Source: Pristiophorus japonicus
Taxonomy: Eukaryota
Assembly: GCF_044704955.1 (NCBI RefSeq)
Contig: NC_091984.1
Location: 146,258,001-146,322,000, forward strand
DNA length: 64,000 bases
Reading direction: 5' to 3'
The notes under the pieces are model-generated. The model searched no databases. It was given only the letters and a program-made list of their open reading frames with translations, and had not been told where the DNA came from. Of the stretch, positions 13,076-24,749 are shown in pieces. Numbering within the stretch: position 1 is the stretch's first letter; every line of letters begins with the position of its first letter. The position numbers were made by a program, and so were the translations under genes.

Positions 13076-14210
13076 GGAACATACCATTATTGTCCCTGGG
13101 GGTGCAAGAGGATGAGGAGAGGTGAGGAACATACAATTGTTTTCATCGTGGGTGGAGAAGAGGTGAGGACATGCTATTATTGTTCCCGGGGGAAGGAGAG
13201 AATGGGGAGAGGTGAGGAACATACCATTATTGTCCACAGGGATGGGGGTGGTGGAGAGGAGACGGAGACTTGAGGAACATACAATTATTGACCCGGGGAG
13301 ACGACGAGAGAGAGAGAGCGGTGAGGATCATACCATTATTGTCCCTGGGGTGGGGGAGAGGGAGAGGTGCGGAACATACCATTATTTTCCCAGAGAGGGA
13401 GGGGGGTAGAGGAGAGGCAGAGGTGAGAAACATACCATTATTGTCTCCGGGGGGGCGAAGAAGGAGAGCGGGTTGACTTATGAGGAATGGTTGAGTAGGT
13501 TGGGCCACCGCTCATTGGAATTCAGAAGAATGAGAGGTGATCTTATCAAAACATATAAGATTATGAGGGGGCTTGACAAGGTGGATGCAGAGAGGATGTT
13601 TCCACTGATGGGGGAGACTAGAACTAGAGGGCTTAATCTGAGAATAGGAGGCTGCCCATTTAAAACTGAGATGAGGAGGAATTTCTTCTCTCAGATGGTT
13701 GTAAATCTGTGGAATTCGCTGCCTCAGAGAGCTGTGGAAGCTGGGACATTAAATACATTTTAGACAGAAATAGAGTTTCTTAAATTATAATGGGTTATGG
13801 GGAATGAGCAGGGAAGTGGACCTGAGTCCATGATCGGATCAGCCATGATTGGATTAAATGGGGGAGCAGGCTCGAGGGGCGGTGTGGCCTACTCCTGCTC
13901 CTATTTCTTCAGTTCTTATGAGAGGTGAGGAACATACCATTATTGTCCCCTGGAGGGGGTGGGAGAGGAGAAGGAGAGGTGAGGAATAAACCATTATTGT
14001 CCCCGGGAGGGGGTGGGAGAGCAGAGGGAGAGGTGAGGAACATCCCATTATTGTCCCCGGAGGGACAGGAGAGGGAGAGGTGAGGAGCATCCCATTATTG
14101 TCTCCGGGTGAGGGGAGGGAGGGAGAGAGAGAGAAAGAGAGAGGGAGGGGAGCGTTGAAGAACATACGTTATTGTCCTGGGGGGGTGGGGTGAGTGGAGA
14201 GGTGAAGAAT
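13076..14210. repeat. Degenerate purine-rich minisatellite (gagaggtgaggaacataccattattgtccc...), interrupted by a CR1 3' end at ~13470-13920
   Basis: More than 10 copies of the gaggaacataccattattgtcc core. The CR1 fragment encodes RRMRGDLIKTYKI...RNFFSQ. Confidence 0.8.
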
Positions 14211-14218
14211 TGTAGCTC

Positions 14219-14988
14219 CAGCTTTCTGGCCATTTCTATCAACAATACTTTAAATCCTTAAATCCAAATCCCCAAGAAAGAACTGTCCTGTTTGGCGAGT
14301 TTGTGGGGGTGGCACTGAGGTGCATTCATATACAACCGGACATTTCACACTGACAGGCTGGGTGGCTGGGAACCCAGGCCCATTGATGTCATCACCATCT
14401 AAAGTGATTCCTGGGAACAATACCCCGAGAGGTAACTCAGAGACACTGTGCCCTCACATTATTAAAGCACAGTCACGACTCAGTCCCAACCCAAACTGGT
14501 GCGAGGCAGGAAATGGCCGGCCCGTTTTCTTCCAGGAGATAAGCCGGTTAAGCAAGATCGGTTTGTGATCGAAACCCATTACCTGCTAATGGGGGCCATC
14601 AACTCAGGAAACGACAGACATCCAGTAATCAGCACCCATTGTCTCTCCAGAGGCAAGGCCTGGGAGCGGGAAAACAAAATATCATTTTTCACAAAGATTT
14701 CAAAGGCTACGAGCCACTCCAGGCCACGGGGGGAGGGAGTCCAGACAGATCACCGTTGTCAATCCATCGGTCAGTATTGGCGGGAAGAAAGGTGATGGGT
14801 TTTGGGGATATAAGGAGCCGCTTTGCAACAAGCTCCAGCTCAGGAGGAAGAAAGCCCCGGAAAAAGCCCAGGAAAAAGCTCAGGAAAAAGCCCAGGAGCG
14901 AGACGTTCAGGAAGAAGCTGCAAGCAAGACAACGGGCAATCAGGGTGAGCATATTGCCTGCGCCTACACATCCACAAGACCACTTAGC
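14219..14988 (+). repeat. Duplicate of the 3' region of LTR element B (second copy at 23632-24453)
   Basis: About 90% identical by eye to 23632-24453. Joins the ERV A2 leader at a TAGC microhomology (14985-14988). Confidence 0.85.
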
Positions 14989-17258
14989 CACAGAGAGAAG
15001 CCAGAGTAACAGGAACCGCAGGTCACTGCGAGGTGGTCTCAGGGGACACCAAGGTAGTCAGGGAGAATTTCTCAGCCAGAGGCACTGGAAATGGACTCAC
15101 CGCAGCAAAACGCGGTCGAGCCCGCAGCTAACAGCCATCGTAGGAAGTCCATGGAGGCTAAGGTAGCTGGATATATAGGCAACAAATTGAACATTTCAGG
15201 GCTGTGGGCACGGGAAATGCTGCACTCTGGGGATCCGCAGGAAAAAGCGACAGAGTGGACAGTCAGTGGTAACCACAAAGGGTCAAAAGAGAAGGAGGTT
15301 TGGCTCATGTGCCTGCAGAAGCAGACACAACTGTTAAAAGAAAGGGTCAGAAAGCTGGAGGAGGAGAATAAAGGGTTAAAGGGCGAGGTAGGCAGTTTGG
15401 AGAAGGAAAGGCAGGACCAGGGTAGGAAGGAAGAAACGGCACGGAATCACTTTGAGTATTTACAATGCCAGGTGACCGAGTGCAAAAAGCAGCAGCAGAC
15501 CCACATTGAACAAAGTGAAAGGCATTTAGAAAGAGCCAAAGAGGCAGAGGACCAGCTCAGGAGAGTCGATAGCCTATCAGGTAGCTCAGAAACAGGGTTA
15601 CGCGAGAGCAGATCACGGACCTTGTAAGGAAAAGATCCACCAATTAACGGCAGAGTTAGACGGGACCAAAGGGATGGTTTGTCTCAGGGCACACGGAACA
15701 GGCGAGGAAGATTGGGATCCAGAGGGGAAAGAGTCAGACGATGGGCCCGAGAATAGCGAGCATCGGCCGGCTCCTGAGGCACCGGGACCCCTGAAACCGA
15801 TGTGTCCTTTGAGACAGCAGAAATTCAGCCCACCCCCCCAAATGGTGGTCCGGCACCATTACAGAGCGACCAGTGATCCCATACACACCGCTTCAGCTGA
15901 AGGAGATGCTGATGGGTGTAGTACAGTTAAAGCAAGGAGGGGATGCCTCTGTTCATTTTGCTAATATAGAGCAGATAGCGGGTATCAATAACTGCAGCGA
16001 GGAGGAGAAAGTGAAGCTAACACTGCTCTCGCTGGAGGGGAAGCTTTATCAGAGCTTGTCGACAGCCACCAAGTTAGGTGCAGGAACCCCACAGGACTTA
16101 AAGGAGCAAATGATGGCAGTGCTCGGGTACAGTCAGGGTAGTCCGTTCTGGCAGGTAGAACAGACTAGGCAGCAAGTAAACGAATCGCCCGATACGTTTG
16201 CAGACAGACTGTGGGTGATTTATTTCAGGGCTGCTGGAGGAAATCTGGTGCGGGCAGATTTAATAGGGGAACCCAGGGACCATTGGCTGAGAACCGGCTC
16301 AGAGCAAAGGTTGAAGTATGGTTTGACCCAGACCATCTCCAGAATACAGAGGCAGGGGTGCTGAGAAGATTAACTCTAGCTTTTAAGTCTAGGCAAGGGG
16401 AGGAGGAGAAACTAAACGGGAAGGTACACGAAGTAAAAGGAGAGGTTAGGCCATAGAAAGAATGGAGACAAGAGGGAGGTAATGCGGGTCGATCTAAAGG
16501 TGAGTGTTTTAACTGTGGGAAGTTGGGAGACTGGAGCAAGGATTGTAGGCTCTCTAAAGGAGGGAAGCCAGGGTACGAGGTGCTGAGGCAGGAAAAGGCC
16601 AGAAGAAGGTAGCCGACGACCCAGTGCAGGTTTTAGTGGCCGCATTACAGCAGGTTATGGGCACGGGTGGAGGAAAGCTGGACGCAGCAGTGGGAGAAAA
16701 GGGACCCAATGTGTCGGCACCCCCACTGTGACGGTGTGCCCAGCCAGAATACCTGTGTCTGCTCATATATGATGGGTGGGGCAGGTCATGTGTGGATGTG
16801 AAGGTGGAAACAGTGAGGGGAAGGTATCTGGTAGATACAGGAGCCTCTAGCACGGTTGTCCACTTACCGAATCCGACCACTTCCCCGTGGTCGAGCAGAG
16901 TACCATTTACACTGGTGGGTTTTACGGGTAATGAGCAGGCTGGGGCAGTGTGGAAACCCTGAACCGTAGAGTTAGGGCCGAACATAATGAAATGGGAGGG
17001 CATTTTAATGAAGTGGGAACAGCCCGGTTCGGGAGTTCTCGGGGCCGACTACATGTTGACACACCACACCATAGTGGATATGGAAAACAATTGTCTATGG
17101 GGGGCATTTGATGCAGATAAGATGGGAGAGATCGTAGTGATTCCCAGGGACAGTACAGACAAAGGCAGCACCTGCACGATGAAGCCGAAAGGGAGTTATG
17201 ACTGAGAACGATTAGTCGATAACATTCCGGCCCGGTATCAAGGTATGTACGGGAGAAT

Positions 17259-18623
17259 ATGGATGCGTTTGCAATGCACAAGCACGATTGCGGGATAGTA
17301 CCTGGGGTAGAGGTGAAGATAGACGGGGATTCGATGACACGACCCCAAAAACAGTATAATTTTCCCCGGGAAGCAGAAAGGGATTTGGAAACTGCTATAA
17401 ATTCCCTGGTGGATCAAGGTGTGTTGAGGACCATAGCCACACATGTAAACTCACTCCTATGGCCAGTAAAGAAGCCCGATAACTCATGGAGCGCCACGGT
17501 AGATGACCGAATCCTGAATAAAAATATTCCAGCCTGTGCGCCCACGGTAGCAGTGGTAGCGGATTTGATCGGGAGTATCCCTGCGGCCACAACAACTTTC
17601 ACAGTGCTGGACATTTCAAACGGGTTTTGGTCCATTCCCCTGAGATGGGAGGACCAGTATAAATCTACCTTTACCTTTAAAGGTCAGCAGTATAAGTGGA
17701 CATGTCTTCCACAAGGGTTTCACAACAGTCCCTCGATCTTCCACCAGAGTTTGGCCGAGGCATTAAACGGTTTTAGTCAGCCAGACCGGTTGGTCCAATA
17801 TGTGGACGACCTGTTGTTATTCTCCGAAAGTGCGGAGGACCACGGGCCATTATTGAGTGAGTTACTGCATTTGTTGAAAGAAGCAGGTTTTAAAGTAAAT
17901 CCCCAGAAAGCTCAAATAGGCAAAGAGGAGGTGCAGTTTCTAGGTTTGACCATTGGGGCAGGAGAGAGAGCCATAGATGGAGCGAAGAGAAAGTCAGTCC
18001 AGGAACTACCTGTTCCGAAGGACGTGTCTGGAGTAAGGTCTTTCCTGGGAATAACGGGTCACTGCAGGGAATTCATAGAGGGATATGTAACCATGGCAGC
18101 TCCTTTGTTGAGGCTTCTTAGGAAAGGAGTAGAGTGGGAATGGAGTGAGACTTGTCAGGAAACTTTCATTTGGTTAAAAGAGGTGTTACAGACAGCACCA
18201 GCATCGGGAGCAGTAAATGGGGACCAGGACTTTAGTCTGGAGGTAGCAATGACTGGGGACAGTTTGAGTGCAGTGTTACTCCAGGAGCGACACAGCAAGC
18301 TGAGACCGGTGGCCTACGTCTCCCGAGTTCTCACCGAAGTAGAAAAGAGCTTTTCGAATTGCGAACGACATCTGTTAGTAATATGTTGGGCAGTGAAGCA
18401 TTTTCGGTCGCTCACAGGGTTAGCTACAGTAACTTTACTGACCTGTCACACCACAACACAAATGTTACTGGATGGTAGAATGAAAGATGGGACAGTGAGC
18501 AGTAACAGGATTGCCCGCTGGACATTGTTGCTTACTCAGTTCGACCTGAAGGTCGAGAGGCCCCGAGCCTGGTTTATCCGGGGACAGCTCATGTGTGTTC
18601 AGTGGAAGGAGTGTGGGATGTAG
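17259..18623 (+). CDS. pol: Retroviral reverse transcriptase + first RNase H (tether-like) region, part of a disrupted pol
   Basis: 454-aa ORF with LDISNGFWSIPL, WTCLPQGFHNSP, QYVDDLLL and RPVAYVSR...CERHLL. Confidence 0.9.
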   Translation: MDAFAMHKHDCGIVPGVEVKIDGDSMTRPQKQYNFPREAERDLETAINSLVDQGVLRTIATHVNSLLWPVKKPDNSWSATVDDRILNKNIPACAPTVAVVADLIGSIPAATTTFTVLDISNGFWSIPLRWEDQYKSTFTFKGQQYKWTCLPQGFHNSPSIFHQSLAEALNGFSQPDRLVQYVDDLLLFSESAEDHGPLLSELLHLLKEAGFKVNPQKAQIGKEEVQFLGLTIGAGERAIDGAKRKSVQELPVPKDVSGVRSFLGITGHCREFIEGYVTMAAPLLRLLRKGVEWEWSETCQETFIWLKEVLQTAPASGAVNGDQDFSLEVAMTGDSLSAVLLQERHSKLRPVAYVSRVLTEVEKSFSNCERHLLVICWAVKHFRSLTGLATVTLLTCHTTTQMLLDGRMKDGTVSSNRIARWTLLLTQFDLKVERPRAWFIRGQLMCVQWKECGM

Positions 18624-20739
18624 ATGTGGGATTCTGAGCAGGAGAACACCTGACAGGCAGGGACGTCTATGTAGATGGGTCCAGTTCAGTAATAAACAGA
18701 GAGAGAAGACAGGCTGTGGGATTTACGATCCAGAGGCAGTGATGGAGAAAGCCATAAAATCCCCAACACTTTAAGTACGCAGCAGACCGAGCTAGCAGCA
18801 GTAGCGTATGTAGTCACACACCCGAACGAATTCCCAACTCCCTGTATGATATGTTCAGACTCCATGTTCATTTCTAACTCCTGTACAGAGTATTTAGCCA
18901 TATTGGCGAGGCGAGGGTTTAAGCCCTCAGATGGAAAATGGTTGGTGATGGTTCCATTGTTAAAAGTCATTTTGGATGTCACGGGTACGTACCAGAAGGG
19001 TGACTACATCCAAAAGGTCAAAGCACACTCTAAAACAGAGCCGAAGTGGGAAGGGAATGAGAAAGCAGACACACTGGCTAAAACAGGGGCAGGAGAAGGG
19101 ACACCTTGGGACCCATGTCACTGTGGACAGATCATGGCTGTAACAGGCAGAGAGGGGCCCAAAGAAGTCCCATTGCCGCCTGATTTAAAACAGGCTCAGC
19201 TACGGGATGCAGACCTTAGAGCAGCGATAAGGGACAAGATGGATGGGAAGTCTGTAGCGGGAACTTTGGGAGCTGCAGACATAGCAGTAAAGCAAGGAAT
19301 ATTGTTCAAGGAGATAGTTGGATCGTGCCAGGGCAATGCAGGGAAGAATTCTTGCAGCTGGTGCATGTGGGTCCAGGAGCTGGACATCCAGGGCCAGAAA
19401 CAATGTGGAATAAAGTAGAAGCCGTGGGATGGTGGCCCGGGCTTAGAAGTGATGTCAGGGATTATTGCCAGAATTGTCTGGTATGTGCCACAAACAATCC
19501 ACACCCCCACCGAGGAAGGCTCCGTTGGGACACACGAGGAGGGTAGAGGTGCCATGGCAGTCTATACAGATAGATTCCATTGGGCCACTGCCCACCTCAG
19601 GCAGAGGCAATAAATATTGCTTGGTGTTAATACATCTCTTTACAAAATGGGTTGAAGCTTTTCCATGTCGGGCGGCCACCGCGATAGTCACAGCAAAGGT
19701 TCTGGTGCGAGAAGTATTTTCTCAATGGGGACTGCCCCTGATAGTGGAATCAGATCAAGGGAGTCATTTCACCGGAGCAGTAATGCAGGCCACCCTAAAG
19801 CTGTTAGGGATACAGGGGAAATGGCATGTGGCGTATAACCCCCAATCGTTAGATCCAGGAGAGGACAAACCGGACCTTAAAAGAGAGGCTTAGGAAGGAG
19901 ATAGGAGATACCCCGAAGAAATGGGATGAGACCCTACCCCGAATACTGATGAGCCACCGAGCCAGTCTCTCTAAGAGTACGGGACACTCCCCACATGTGA
20001 TGATGACAGGAGACTAATGAGGGCCCCGACCCATATCCTAGCACCAGTCCTGACTGAAACGCAGGTTAAAGAGATCACATGGGACAGGTTTGTCAGAGAT
20101 CTGTATGGTACTCTGAAGGGGCTGCATTGGGAAGAAGCTCACAATATGGGCAGGCAGCACCAGCAGGATAAACTGCTGCTGGAACCCTGGGTTACACAGG
20201 AATGGAGGGTAGGGGATCAGGTAATGGTCAGGAATTATACCAGAATAGCGGCATTTGAACCATTGTACAAAGGACCATATAGCATTGTAGGCAAGGCAAG
20301 CCCTATGGTGTACACGATCCAGCTGCCAAAACATATAAAATGGTTCCATATAAACCAGTGTCAGCTGTACAACCCCGGAGAGAAAAGTAAAAAGCGGGCC
20401 AAGGCCCCTGGAACAATAATGAGTTTGATCAGTGTAAGCCTCCCACCAATACTGTGGGATGATGAGGATGGAGAAGTAAGGGACGGAGCAGTAAGGTGGA
20501 GTGGTCAGGTACTGTGACCTAGGGTGCCCTGGACACCTCCTCCATCTCCACCCCCGAGCCTCTGTAAGCCCAAGCATCGGGATAAAAGGAGAGGGAAGCA
20601 GTGATTGTAAAAAGGAGTTATGTACATTTGTGAATAACTGAAGAAGGACCTGTGAGGGGGAGGCCCCACAGAGCAAAAGTATTTCTTTCATTTTTGTCTT
20701 TATAGGAGCGAATCGAGCCAAGGGTACGAGAGGAGGTGG

Positions 20740-21891
20740 ATGTTGTGGATAGGCCTGTGGATGGCCATTATTATTAAAGGATTGGGAGATCGGGGAGACA
20801 CCGAGACATTCCTTACACACGGGTGTATGGGAGGAACCGGCCCCACTGTAACTCAAGGGGGAGCCATACGGAGCAACAAGGGCACAAACACCTATGCTCA
20901 CACTGGGAGCTGGCCAGGGTGGTTAGGGTCAAATTCGACCAAGTACTCCAGACAAACCGAGGGTAAACTTGGGGAGGTGTCAGTGTCCTGCCCCAGGCTA
21001 AACATCACGACCAGGAATGTACGGGTGAGAGAGGGGAGACGAGTTTGTCTGGAATGTAAAGGGATTACCCCCATGGAAGGGTGGTGGTGGTTACAGAAAA
21101 CAGTCAGGGGAAAAGTTAATGCATCCACAGAATGGGAGAAACTGGGTAATAACTCAAACAGGTGGAGCAGAGGAACAAGAGAAGGGGTGAAATTGTGTTG
21201 GGAAAAGTGGTGGAAGGAGGAACAAGGGATTTATGTCTGTGTGGTTGGATCTAGCCACAAGTGCAGGGGAGGTGTGGGGATTGTTTTTAAATGACAATGG
21301 CAGAATTCTGGGTCAGGAATGAATTGGACGCAGGGTTTTGATTCCTGTGTGACCTTGACCAAAGGCAGTCAATGCGACCGAACTGATCGCAAGCAGATTA
21401 AAACCTCTCCCTAAAATGCTGAAAGATTCTTCCTTTTGTTTCAAACCCCAGGTTGAGGCACAAGTAGCACAAGAAAGAATAATTCCTATCTCAGACCACA
21501 AACATATCCATATTACAGTCAATGATACGTTACGAACCTCCAGGGATACATATCGCGTGTTGGATACTATATCCCACCGTTACCCAAACATTTGACTGAA
21601 CTGTTAAAGAACATCGAGTTGTCCCACAAACATTATTACACGTTACAACAAAAGAATGAAAAAGTAAGGGCGGAAATTGAGGAAATGATTGCCCCTCCAC
21701 AGTGGGATGTGGGACTCAATATTGAGATCCCCTCCTGGGTTCGAATTGTATCACACTTGTTAGTAATTGTACAGTTGGTAATAGTGTTGTATCTATTCGT
21801 CTTGTCCTGTTAATTAAAGCAAAAGATGAGGGAAGGGAATCTTGAAAGGTTATTAAAATCAACCAAGGCGAAAGTGTTTGTAAAAGTATAA
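20740..21891 (+). pseudogene. env-position gene of A2: signal peptide, Ig-like domain, coiled coil, TM
   Basis: 20740-21294 carries an Ig-like C...W...GxYxC pattern. After stops and frameshifts, 21592-21813 gives LTELLKNIELSHKHYYTLQQKNEKVRAEIEEM followed by hydrophobic IVSHLLVIVQLVIVLYLFVLSC. Confidence 0.72.
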
Positions 21892-22047
21892 ACTGAAGTC
21901 AGATGGATTAAGGCCAAACATTGTTTTGTTGTAAAAAGTATGTAATGTGGAGATTTGACTGAAGACTGCAATACACCCAAAAGAGCTCAAGGGAAAGAAG
22001 AAGAAGTCACCTAGAGTAATGTCTCTGAGTTTATAACAAGAGATATT

Positions 22048-22058
22048 AAAGGGGGAAG
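22048..22058 (+). promoter_or_regulatory. Polypurine tract
   Basis: AAAGGGGGAAG immediately precedes the TGTAAG LTR start. Confidence 0.8.
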
Positions 22059-22875
22059 TGTAAGGGTTATATGTTTCATGATCGAGGCACAGCAAGAGGC
22101 CATGGACTAAAATGGCTGAAAAGAAAACCTTTGGGACTGTTGGGCAGGAGAAAGAGCACCAGCCTGGGGAAGGTGATGATTGATCACTGATTAATGTGAT
22201 TTCTGGGGTCAGGAGTGAGACCCGATTAACATCGAGACAAAGGGTTTGATACAATCAAGCAGAGCAGCCCATGGATTCATTGGCCGGAGGGGAAAACCAG
22301 TTCCCTCTGGAGACTCCAAGTCTGCGAAAACCCAGGACAACAAAGGATCCCACAAGGCATGCATTCTTGGATAACGGGGCACAAAAGATAAGGAGTTATC
22401 TTTTGCCCCGTCGATTCCATGTGTGAATTGTGGCCATCCGAACAGATCCAGACCCATCACCACAGCCATCGAGGCTCATCCAGCTGCATTAACTGAAAGG
22501 CAGCCGAGCAGGAGATGTGTATAATCAAATGGATATATCTGTAAGAGCTGAGAACAAAGGTTCAGAGAGAGGAAGAACAGGTCGAAGAAACATCTCAAAC
22601 CAGCAGGTCAATGAACTACAGCCACGAAGCAGCAGCAGGGCCACAACACCTTCCCTCGCTCCACGAGCCGACAATGGACAACAGTAGCAACTGGCTGGAT
22701 GGGCGATTGTATGTCTTCGGTCAATCTCTAAGAAGACTTGTTCTGTAATGTTTAATTGTTTTTTGTGTAATAAACTAACAGTTGGGTTTAAGCCTAAACT
22801 TTGCATTACATGGAGTCCTTCCTGTAATTCCCGAGGTCTATGAATCAGAGTAGAGTGGAAAACCAACACCCTACA
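22059..22875 (+). repeat. 3' LTR of A2 (817 bp)
   Basis: Bounded by TGTAAG...CCTACA, with AATAAA at ~22768. Homologous to the A1 5' LTR. Confidence 0.82.
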
Positions 22876-24747
22876 GCACATGAGCTCATGACCGCGAGGT
22901 AAACCGGGACAGGTTTGTCCAGAATCTGTTTGATGTTTTAAAACAGATTCACTGGCAGGCAGCCAGTAACCTGGGGAACCAGCACCGGGAAACATCGGTT
23001 GCTACTTGAGCCCCGGAGAAGCCACGAGTGGAAGGTGGGAGACCAGGTAATGTTCAGGAACTGTGCTCGAGTGGGGGCATTCGAGCCACTGTACATGGGG
23101 CCTTATAACATCGTAGATAAGGCCAGCCCCATGGTATATGCAGTCAGACTCCCGAAACATACAAAATGCTGCCATATCAACCAATGCAAGTTGTTTAACC
23201 CCAAGGAGGGGGGAAGACAAAGGCAAAGAGAAACCAGGGCACGATAATGAGCCTGGTGGACACGGGTCTTCCTCCCATGGTGTAGGACGATGATGATGAC
23301 CCAGAGGGCGGGACAGTAAGGAGAAACAGTCAGATACCACGGCCTAGGGCGCCTTGGACGCCTCCTTACTCACCGGCCGCGAGCCGCAAGGTGCCCCAAC
23401 AGGAGAGATTTTAACCGGGGGCACTCGATAATGCGGAACGAACTGTATATATATGCAAATAACGAAAGCCCGACCTGTGGAGGGAAAAAGCGCTCAGAGA
23501 ACGGTCTTAATCAGGAAATCAGAAGAAACGGGAGCCTGGGTGTAATTGATCAGTAATGGACCCACAATGCACCTCCCGCAGCAGAAGATGACGGAATCGA
23601 GATATTTCTGGTTTTGGTGATAAAATATCATCAGCTTTCTGGACATTTCTATCAACAATACTTTAAATCCTTAAATCCAAATCCCAAGAAAGAACTGTGC
23701 TGTTTGGCGAGCTTGTGGGGGTGGCACTAAGCTGCATTCATATACAACCGGACATTTCACACTGACAGGCTGCGTAACAGGGAACCCAGGCTTATTGATG
23801 TCATCACCATCTAAAGTGATTCCTGGGAACAATACCCCGAGAGGTAACTCAGAGACACTGTGCCCTCACATTATTAAAGCACAGTCACGACTCAGTCCCA
23901 ACCCAAACTGGTCCAAGGCAGGAAATGGCCGGCCCATTGTCTTCCAGGAGATAAGCCGGTTAAGCAAGATCGGTTTGTGATCGAAACCCATTACCTGCTA
24001 ATGGGGGTCATCAACTCAGGAAACGACAGACATCCAGTAATCAGCACCCATTGTCTCTCCAGATGCAAGGCCTGGGAGCGGCAAAACAAAATATCATTTT
24101 TCACAAACATTTCAAAGGCTATGAGCCGCTCCAGGCCACGGGGGGAGGGGGGGGGGGGGGAGGAGGGGTCCAGACAGATCACCGGAGTCAATCCATCGGT
24201 CAGTATTGGCGGGCGGAAGAAGTGATGAGTTTTGGGGATATAAGGAGCCACTTTGCAACAAACTCCAGCTCAGGTGGAAGAACGCTATGGAAAAAGCTCC
24301 GGAAAAAGCCCAGGAAAAAGCTCCGGTAAAAGCTCCAGAAAAGCCCAGGAAAAAGCCCGGGAGTGAGACGTTCAGGAAGAAGCTGCAAGCAAGACAACGG
24401 GCAATCAGGGTGAGCATATTGCCTGCGCCTACACATCCACAAGACCACTTAGCTGTGTGAGGGGGTGATTGTAAGTCCCAACCAAACCCAAGGGGTTTAG
24501 TGCTGGGGGGGGGTCCTGTGTTAGTTTATTTCACGGGAGGGTTCTTTTATTAAGCCGTGGTAACTTAACACGGCAGGGCTTATTGGACAAGCCAGGGTTG
24601 TACTGTTTTGCACTGTTTATGAGTGGTGTTGTTAATCTTATTTGGTTGAGCCTGAAAAATGTGAGTCTGATCTGTCCATATAATCCCTATCGTCCAGAAC
24701 TTGTAGTAGGAGGTGCATTTACGTTACGCCCGAGAAAACCACCTACA
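22876..24747 (+). mobile_element. 3' part of related LTR element B (integrase C-terminus, 3' region, short LTR 24470-24747)
   Basis: EWKVGDQVMFRN...EPLYMGPYNIV...HINQCK is a paralog of the A integrase tail. A G-run precedes TGTAAG (24470), and the LTR ends CCTACA (24747). Confidence 0.7.
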
Positions 24748-24749
24748 GG

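Larger units (their letters stand above)
14985..22875 (+). mobile_element. Defective endogenous retrovirus copy A2 (gag-pro-pol-env-like-PPT-3' LTR; 5' LTR missing)
   Basis: Gag 15091-~16730 (coiled coil; zinc knuckle CFNCGKLGDWSKDC at ~16505), protease YLVDTGAS ~16790-17205, RT-RNase H 17259-18623, second RNase H ~18660-19100, integrase ~19325-20517 (H/C zinc motif, SDQGSHF, GPY module). Confidence 0.92.

Noticed and set aside
20038-20901. 287-aa antisense ORF (and 512-1138 in A1)
   Set aside because: Shadow of the integrase/env strand, with no recognisable domain and a different length in the two copies.
14219-24453. The ~800-bp direct repeats as the LTR pair of A2
   Set aside because: No TG...CA ends, PBS or PPT. 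The real LTR follows the PPT at 22059.
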